DNA of 64,000 nucleotides, from assembly GCA_048885925.1 (NCBI GenBank), contig JBHLLG010000004.1, forward strand, positions 1 to 64,000, written 5' to 3'. This stretch comes from Candidatus Hermodarchaeota archaeon (GTDB lineage: Archaea; Asgardarchaeota; Lokiarchaeia; Sigyniarchaeales; SOKP01). The notes beneath the pieces are model-generated. The model did not search any database. It had not been told where the DNA came from and was given only the letters and a program-made list of their open reading frames with translations. Of the stretch, positions 58,349-64,000 are shown in pieces. Position numbers and translations under genes: made by a program. The first letter of the stretch is position 1. Every line of letters begins with the position of its first letter.

Positions 58349-58876
58349 ATGATAAGCGAGAAAATAGGAATTGATGATATTGATTGCAAAATTATGGATT
58401 TAATTCAGAGAGCGCCAAATCTTACTCACACAGAAATAGCAGAACATGTGAATCGTAGTCAACCAACTGTAGGTATGAGAATTAAGAAGCTTGAAAAATT
58501 AGGTGTTTTAAAATATCAAGCGGGTATAAACATAAAAGAAGCAGATCTCTGTTTTGCAAGGATTGAACTTCAAACAAAGAATCCAGATAATGCTATTGAA
58601 AAAATAAAGAAATGTCCTTTTCTTTTAAATGCATTTCGATTATCCGGAGACTCAAATATTAGTATTTTAACTATAGGCTTAAATGTTAAAGATCTTGATA
58701 GAATTGTAAATCAAAATTTTAGAAATGACCCTGATGTTATTGATGTCCATATTGATGTAATTTCTGATATTGTAAATGATTTTGTCTTGCCAATGGACCT
58801 ACAGCTTGAATATGGAGAATTAGTATTACATAAGAATTGCTGTGGTAAATGTAATTGTAAAAGCAGAATTTGTTAA
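58349..58876 (+). CDS. Lrp/AsnC regulator with a Cys-rich tail
   Basis: HTH SQPTVGMRIKKL, RAM domain with CP, tail CCGKCNC. Confidence 0.88.
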   Translation: MISEKIGIDDIDCKIMDLIQRAPNLTHTEIAEHVNRSQPTVGMRIKKLEKLGVLKYQAGINIKEADLCFARIELQTKNPDNAIEKIKKCPFLLNAFRLSGDSNISILTIGLNVKDLDRIVNQNFRNDPDVIDVHIDVISDIVNDFVLPMDLQLEYGELVLHKNCCGKCNCKSRIC

Positions 58877-58891
58877 AAGAATTCAATAAAT

Positions 58892-59031
58892 TTAATCTAT
58901 TTTTAAATCTTTAAATTTATATAACGTATTACAGATGTGATATTTTTCAGATCCATCCTTAAGATTTTCAACTATAATAGATTTGGGTGTAGAATCTTTA
59001 TCAATATATCTTGGTTGTCTAATTTACTCAT
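58892..59031 (-). pseudogene. decayed duplicate of the ferredoxin gene at 61019-61258
   Basis: IDKDSTPKSIIVENLKDGSEKYHICNTLYKFKDLKID* aligns with INKDSTPKCVVVEDREDRCVKCHICTTACKLKALRID*; shared upstream TTTGAATAATCwTAATGAGT; internal deletion and frameshift. Confidence 0.85.
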
Positions 59032-59080
59032 TAAGATTATTCAAATAAAAGATTTTAACAATAAACAACAAATCTGACTG

Positions 59081-60178
59081 TTAGAAGAAGTTACATCCAT
59101 AACATCTCTCATTACTATATGCTTCACATCTTAAGCAATTTCTACCACATGGAGTATCTCGATTATCAATGTCAAATAAATTAATCGGGAAAAATTCTGG
59201 TTTAGATAAATCAGATGCAAATATAATTTCTGTTGAATTAATTTGGTTTTTATCAACTAATAGACAATAATTAATAAAACTATTCAAATCATCAATATTT
59301 CTCCCAATTATTCCAAATTTTAGATGAAATCGTCCTGTTATTCTTGATATTAGAAACACTCTGGGACATTTTGTAAATATGCTAACGAACTTTTCAATAT
59401 AGTCATAATTTTTTAATTCAATATTAACATAAGCTGCTCTAATACCAAGCGAATTAAAATTAATATTTCCTTGAATTTTCAATGTATTAGATTCTGTTAA
59501 CTTTTTAATTCGGTTTTGTATGCCTGTATGACTCATTTCTAAATTTTTTGCCATTAAAGGTTTGCTTTCTCTTCCATCTAAATGTAATTGAAGGAGAATA
59601 TGTTTATCAATATTATCTAATTTTATCACTTTATCTTCCCAATCTCTTTTTTTTTTAAGTTTTTTCAGTTCTTCTAATTGCTTTTTTCCCTCTAATCTGG
59701 CATATAAAATAGGAGAAATATATTCTGCAATTTTCTCTAATCCTTTAACATCTTCTTTTGTATAATTTGATTTCTTATTAGCTACACTAATCATTCCAAT
59801 AACTCTCTTTTGATATAATAAAGGTACTGCTATCGCCCGATTCATAGGAATATGGCCTTCAGGTGGATTCAAAGGTTGATTGGATTGAAATGTTTTTCCC
59901 TGTACTATAGATCTAGCCCAAAGTCCGTTACTATTAGCCCAATCTCCACGAGGAAAAGCAATGTCTTTACTAGGAATTTCGCATCTTTCCCATACTTCCT
60001 TAGTAAATGAAGGTAAAACCAAATCACCATCTTCCTTTATATAACCAAAAATACCATAATCGCTCTCAATTACAGAAAGTATAATGGTTAAAACTTTAGA
60101 ATAAACTCGATCATCCTCAAATCTAGTAAATGTTTCAATAATTTTATCTCTGATTTTTATTCCTAATTTTGGACTCAT
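59081..60178 (-). CDS. GAF domain-Lrp/AsnC fusion regulator with a Cys-rich tail
   Basis: GAF (PEGH.P....AVPL...VIG.ISVANK..Y), HTH, RAM with CP, tail CGRNCLRC...CYGC. Confidence 0.85.
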   Translation of the reverse strand: MSPKLGIKIRDKIIETFTRFEDDRVYSKVLTIILSVIESDYGIFGYIKEDGDLVLPSFTKEVWERCEIPSKDIAFPRGDWANSNGLWARSIVQGKTFQSNQPLNPPEGHIPMNRAIAVPLLYQKRVIGMISVANKKSNYTKEDVKGLEKIAEYISPILYARLEGKKQLEELKKLKKKRDWEDKVIKLDNIDKHILLQLHLDGRESKPLMAKNLEMSHTGIQNRIKKLTESNTLKIQGNINFNSLGIRAAYVNIELKNYDYIEKFVSIFTKCPRVFLISRITGRFHLKFGIIGRNIDDLNSFINYCLLVDKNQINSTEIIFASDLSKPEFFPINLFDIDNRDTPCGRNCLRCEAYSNERCYGCNFF

Positions 60179-60480
60179 TTATTGAAATTGCTCTTTTATC
60201 ACTTTTATAAAATATAGACAAGAGTGTTACTTTTCATCATTTAAAAAAGATTTATGTTAATATAAATAAGTAAAGTAATTATATAAAGACATTAATTTAG
60301 ACAATCTTACCGACATTTTTGAGTTAATAATTTTTGACAAAAAGTTCAACTTAGGCATAATGAAGCTTTTTCTTTTTTTTTAGTTTCATTTTGAAAGTAA
60401 AAAATGAATAAAGCTTTATAAATGAAAGCGATCTATATTTTAAATAATAAGTCAAAGTTTTTACTCACAAAATTAAGTGA

Positions 60481-61008
60481 TTGTTGATGATAGCTGAAAA
60501 AATGGGCGTAGATGATATCGATTGCAGAATAATCGATTTACTACAGAAAGAACCAAATCTTACACATTATCAAATTGCAGAATATGTAAATCGTAGTCAA
60601 CCTACGGTAGGAACACGAATAAAAAGGCTTGAAAAAATTGGAGTATTAAAATATCAAGCTGGAATAAATTTGAAAGAAGCAGATCTCTGTTTTGCTCGAA
60701 TTGAGCTTCAATCAAAAAAGCCAGAAAGAACAATTGAAATCGTGAAAAATTGCCCATTTTTACTGAATGCTATAAGGTTGAGTGGTGATATAAATATTAG
60801 TATTATAAGCGTAGGATTAAATTATCTAGATATCGACCATATTGTTAATTGCCATTTTCGAAATGACCCAGATGTGGTTAGCGTCCACATCGATATAATC
60901 GCTGATGTTCTTCATGACCTTGTTTTACCAATAGACTTAAATCTTGAATATGGAGAATTAGATTTACGAAATATGTGTAATGAAAGATGTAGGTACTATT
61001 CTTTATAA
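60481..61008 (+). CDS. Lrp/AsnC regulator, close paralogue of 58349-58876
   Basis: Near-identical segments (GVLKYQAGIN.KEADLCFARIELQ). Confidence 0.88.
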   Translation: MLMIAEKMGVDDIDCRIIDLLQKEPNLTHYQIAEYVNRSQPTVGTRIKRLEKIGVLKYQAGINLKEADLCFARIELQSKKPERTIEIVKNCPFLLNAIRLSGDINISIISVGLNYLDIDHIVNCHFRNDPDVVSVHIDIIADVLHDLVLPIDLNLEYGELDLRNMCNERCRYYSL

Positions 61009-61018
61009 TAATAGGAAT

Positions 61019-61258
61019 TCAATCTATTCTTAACGCCTTCAATTTACATGCTGTAGTACAGATGTGACATTTTACACATCTATCTTCGCGATCTTCAACT
61101 ACAACACATTTAGGTGTAGAATCTTTATTAATAACCTCATAGATTCCTCTAAAACATGCTTCTTCGCAAGAAAAATCTTTGCATTGTTCACATTTGGAGG
61201 TATCTATATGATGGAATTTATAACTTTCAATAGTGACTGGATCGTCTGCTTCACTCAT
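61019..61258 (-). CDS. small ferredoxin (two 4Fe-4S-like motifs)
   Basis: CEQC....C...C and CVKCHICTTAC. Confidence 0.8.
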   Translation of the reverse strand: MSEADDPVTIESYKFHHIDTSKCEQCKDFSCEEACFRGIYEVINKDSTPKCVVVEDREDRCVKCHICTTACKLKALRID

Positions 61259-61379
61259 TATGATTATTCAAATAAATAACTCTTTTTATCTATTAAGGTT
61301 ATATTCAATAACAAAGTCTCTTAATTTAAGAATAAGTTTAACCTTAATATTATTGATTACAGATTTTAAAACAAGATTC

Positions 61380-62048
61380 ATGGAATATTGTAAAAAAGTT
61401 CTTTTTGAAATACCAAACCTTATGAAAGGTAAATTTGTATCAAGACCAAATAGATTTATAGGAGAAATTATGTACAACGGACAGATTGAAACTGCTCATA
61501 TACATGATCCTGGCAGATTGAAGGAATTACTTATTAAAGGAGTGGAAGTGTTATTTACACATTCACAGGGTAAATTGAAATATTATATTAAAGCTGTTCA
61601 TACCAACAACGAATGGGTCCTTATTGATACCGCATTACATTCCAAGATTGCAATGAAAGTATTTGAGTATTTACCCGAAATTTCAAATGTGAAAGAAATT
61701 AAAAAAGAAGTAAAAATAGGTAATAGTAGATTAGATTTTTTACTTGACCACACACCATTAGAAGTAAAAGGTGTAACATTAGTAAAGGATGATATAGCCC
61801 TTTTTCCTGATGCTCCTACTGAGCGTGGAGCAAGACATGTAAAAGAAATTATAGAGCATAATGGAATTATATTATTTTTAATTCTACGTAAAGCTAAAAA
61901 ATTCAAACCATATCTAAAGATGGATCCTAAATTTTCAAAAATTTTAAGCCAAGCAAGAAAAAAACGTATTAAAATTTTTGCCGTTCGAGTCAGTTTTGAT
62001 GGAAAAACTATCTATTACAATGGGAGAATACCCTTAGATGATTTTTAA
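61380..62048 (+). CDS. sfsA: SfsA-family DNA/RNA nuclease (likely start ATG 61380)
   Basis: RPNRF, H.HDPGRLKELL, SRLDF, EVKGVTL, FPDAPTERGARH. Confidence 0.92.
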   Translation: MEYCKKVLFEIPNLMKGKFVSRPNRFIGEIMYNGQIETAHIHDPGRLKELLIKGVEVLFTHSQGKLKYYIKAVHTNNEWVLIDTALHSKIAMKVFEYLPEISNVKEIKKEVKIGNSRLDFLLDHTPLEVKGVTLVKDDIALFPDAPTERGARHVKEIIEHNGIILFLILRKAKKFKPYLKMDPKFSKILSQARKKRIKIFAVRVSFDGKTIYYNGRIPLDDF

Positions 62049-62186
62049 TCAGCTTGTAAAAAAAATTGTTCATTTATTTGTGATTAGAACTTAAAATAAT
62101 AAATACTAATTTTTTATAAATTTATACTAATATTTTATAAATTGTAACCATTATAAATTATTAGAAAAGAAAGAAAATTATCTTTC

Positions 62187-62744
62187 GTGATTTTTATGAT
62201 TTCAGAAAAATTAAAGCTTGATGATATAGATAGGCAAATTATTTCTCTTGTTCAAGAGGATCCAAACCTGACACACACAGAGATAGCTACTAAAATAAAT
62301 AGATCGCAACCAACTGTCGGTATGCGTATAAAGAAGCTGGAAAAAAACGGAATATTGCAATTCCAGCCGGGAATCAATTTTAAGAAAGTTGATTTAAATC
62401 TCGCCACAGTTGAGATAAATTCTAATAATCCTGAAGAAATTATGGATATGGCTAAACACTGTCCTTTTATGCTCAATGCATTTAAACTCACTGGTGATCA
62501 TAATGTTTGTATTTTACTTGCTAGTTCAAAGCTTCAAAAGCTTGATAATATTGTAAATTACCATTTTCGGAATAATCCTGATATAAGCAGTGTTTCTATG
62601 GAAATTGTCCTTGATTTTGCAAAGGATTTCGTTTTACCAATTGATTTTGATTCGGAAGAACATGATCCAACCTTGGAAAATGGTTGTGGGGAAGCATGTA
62701 AATATAAAATTGCCAAAGCAAAAGGTTTGGTAAAAAATTCTTAA
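62187..62744 (+). CDS. Lrp/AsnC regulator
   Basis: SQPTVGMRIKKL, CPF, tail CGEAC. Confidence 0.88.
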   Translation: MIFMISEKLKLDDIDRQIISLVQEDPNLTHTEIATKINRSQPTVGMRIKKLEKNGILQFQPGINFKKVDLNLATVEINSNNPEEIMDMAKHCPFMLNAFKLTGDHNVCILLASSKLQKLDNIVNYHFRNNPDISSVSMEIVLDFAKDFVLPIDFDSEEHDPTLENGCGEACKYKIAKAKGLVKNS

Positions 62745-62818
62745 GAGTTAATATGTTTTATTAACTTTTTATGATTTTATTTAATTTCCATAATAAAGTA
62801 AATTAGAATAAAAAATAG

Positions 62819-63394
62819 TTAATCTACTTCTTCCTTATCTTCTTGAGTAAATTTAAATTTTGGAAGATCAGCTTTCATCGAGCAATCTGGCCCACAATAT
62901 CTTCCATCGAAATTCTCAATTTGAAAATCTATAGGGACAACAAAATCATGAATTGCTTCAATCAAGATGTTTGTTTTTACATTAATCACATTTTTATCTC
63001 TTCGAAAACATAAATCTACAAGTTTTTCAATAGTTTGTAAGTCTGAAGCAGCGATAAAGCATAGTAGGTTAAACTCCCCAGAAATTTTAAATGCGTGATT
63101 GATAAATGGGCAGTTTTCAATCTTTTTAACGATATTGTCAACATCTTTAGTAGATATGTAAACAATCGCAACTTTTATATCAACTTTCCTTATATTGAAA
63201 CCTACTTGTTTAGTAAGCAAATTCTTTCTCTCTAATTTAATAATCCGAGCACCTACAGCTGGTTGAGATTTATCTATTTCTTTAGCAATATCACTATGAG
63301 TTATATCTGGATTTTTTTCAATCATTTCGATGATTTTCTTATCGTCATTGTCTATGCTTAGTAACTCATTAAAATTTTTTTTCTTCATATCCAT
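62819..63394 (-). CDS. Lrp/AsnC regulator
   Basis: SQPAVGARI, CPF, tail CGPDC. Confidence 0.88.
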   Translation of the reverse strand: MDMKKKNFNELLSIDNDDKKIIEMIEKNPDITHSDIAKEIDKSQPAVGARIIKLERKNLLTKQVGFNIRKVDIKVAIVYISTKDVDNIVKKIENCPFINHAFKISGEFNLLCFIAASDLQTIEKLVDLCFRRDKNVINVKTNILIEAIHDFVVPIDFQIENFDGRYCGPDCSMKADLPKFKFTQEDKEEVD

Positions 63395-63552
63395 TATATT
63401 TCATAACCTCAAATTAATTTAAACTTAGTTTTAATAAATATAAATCTTTATAAAGAGTCCAATTTAAGTAAATAAGAAAACTCATACTATTTATTTTGTT
63501 TTATAAATTTCAGATTTTTACACGACTTTAAGATTAAAACTATTGTATTTAA

Positions 63553-64000
63553 TTACAAAACATTTGTAAAGATGTTAATAATAATTATTATTGTAGAAAA
63601 TCCAATTAATCCAATTAAGAATTTCATTGGATTTCCCTTCTCTTTTTCAGGGATGACTTCCCTTACAATAACATATAAAATTACCCCAGAGATGAAAGAA
63701 TAGAATATAAACAGAAGTTCTAAATTAACGGGTATAAATGAATTTATTATTAATCCAATTAAAATACCGGTTAGCGCGGAACCACAGGATATGTACATAA
63801 GAATCGGTTTTTTCTCAAGTCTTTTTTCTTCATAGATTTCCAAATCGGTAAATATAAGATGTGCTTCAGATCTTTTTGTAACAACAGTTCTAAAAAAGGC
63901 ATAGATAAAGAAAAGTATGCCTCCAACAAGCTCAATGATTAATAATCCTATTAAAATAATACCAACAAGAAAGTGGTAAATATAGTCTGTTATAAATCTA
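63553..64000 (-). CDS. membrane protein, ZIP-transporter-like C-terminus (5' end outside the window)
   Basis: Frame is open to the window end; FISGVILYVIVREVIPE motif; hydrophobic. Confidence 0.6.
   Translation of the reverse strand, partial: RFITDYIYHFLVGIILIGLLIIELVGGILFFIYAFFRTVVTKRSEAHLIFTDLEIYEEKRLEKKPILMYISCGSALTGILIGLIINSFIPVNLELLFIFYSFISGVILYVIVREVIPEKEKGNPMKFLIGLIGFSTIIIIINIFTNVL

Noticed and set aside
61233-61379. N-terminal extension of SfsA in the ORF track
   Set aside because: It overlaps the divergent ferredoxin start and its promoter region; SfsA similarity begins after ATG 61380.
1127-62491. Numerous short antisense ORFs in the track (e.g. 1127-1456, 13764-14030, 19403-19687, 26391-26630, 35654-35956, 37786-38019, 61598-61906)
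   Set aside because: They lie opposite well-supported genes and have no motifs; they are shadow ORFs.
1-64000. CRISPR arrays, tRNA/rRNA genes, transposases, integrases
   Set aside because: No regularly spaced repeats, no GC-rich structural RNA blocks and no recombinase or transposase motifs were seen by eye.

Overview
Very AT-rich, gene-dense archaeal chromosomal window. Gene content points to an Asgard archaeon, most likely Lokiarchaeia: eS26, TrmY, an Arf-like small GTPase, longin/roadblock-like, SNAP-like and V4R-like proteins, and expanded Lrp paralogues. This taxonomic assignment is an inference. The window holds about 60 CDS, including a large redox/sulfur/oxygen-defence region at about 23-53 kb (TusA, Lys-less IscS, IscU fusion, CoA-disulfide reductase-rhodanese, rubrerythrin, superoxide reductase, FprA, rubredoxins and their reductase, CooS, Grx/FTR, two PDOs, TrxB). 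The standout feature is the Ni-CO dehydrogenase gene cooS, split by a 32-nt insertion (38336-38367) that folds with its flanks into a canonical bulge-helix-bulge motif. Cutting at the standard tRNA-splicing-endonuclease positions restores the frame and the conserved APEYMEQKA motif exactly, so this is a candidate protein-coding-gene (mRNA) intron. Other points: probable ATT start codons, a GTPase/two-component cluster, a duplicated Lrp-ferredoxin unit with one decayed copy, and several gene remnants. No rRNA, tRNA, CRISPR array or intact mobile element was seen.
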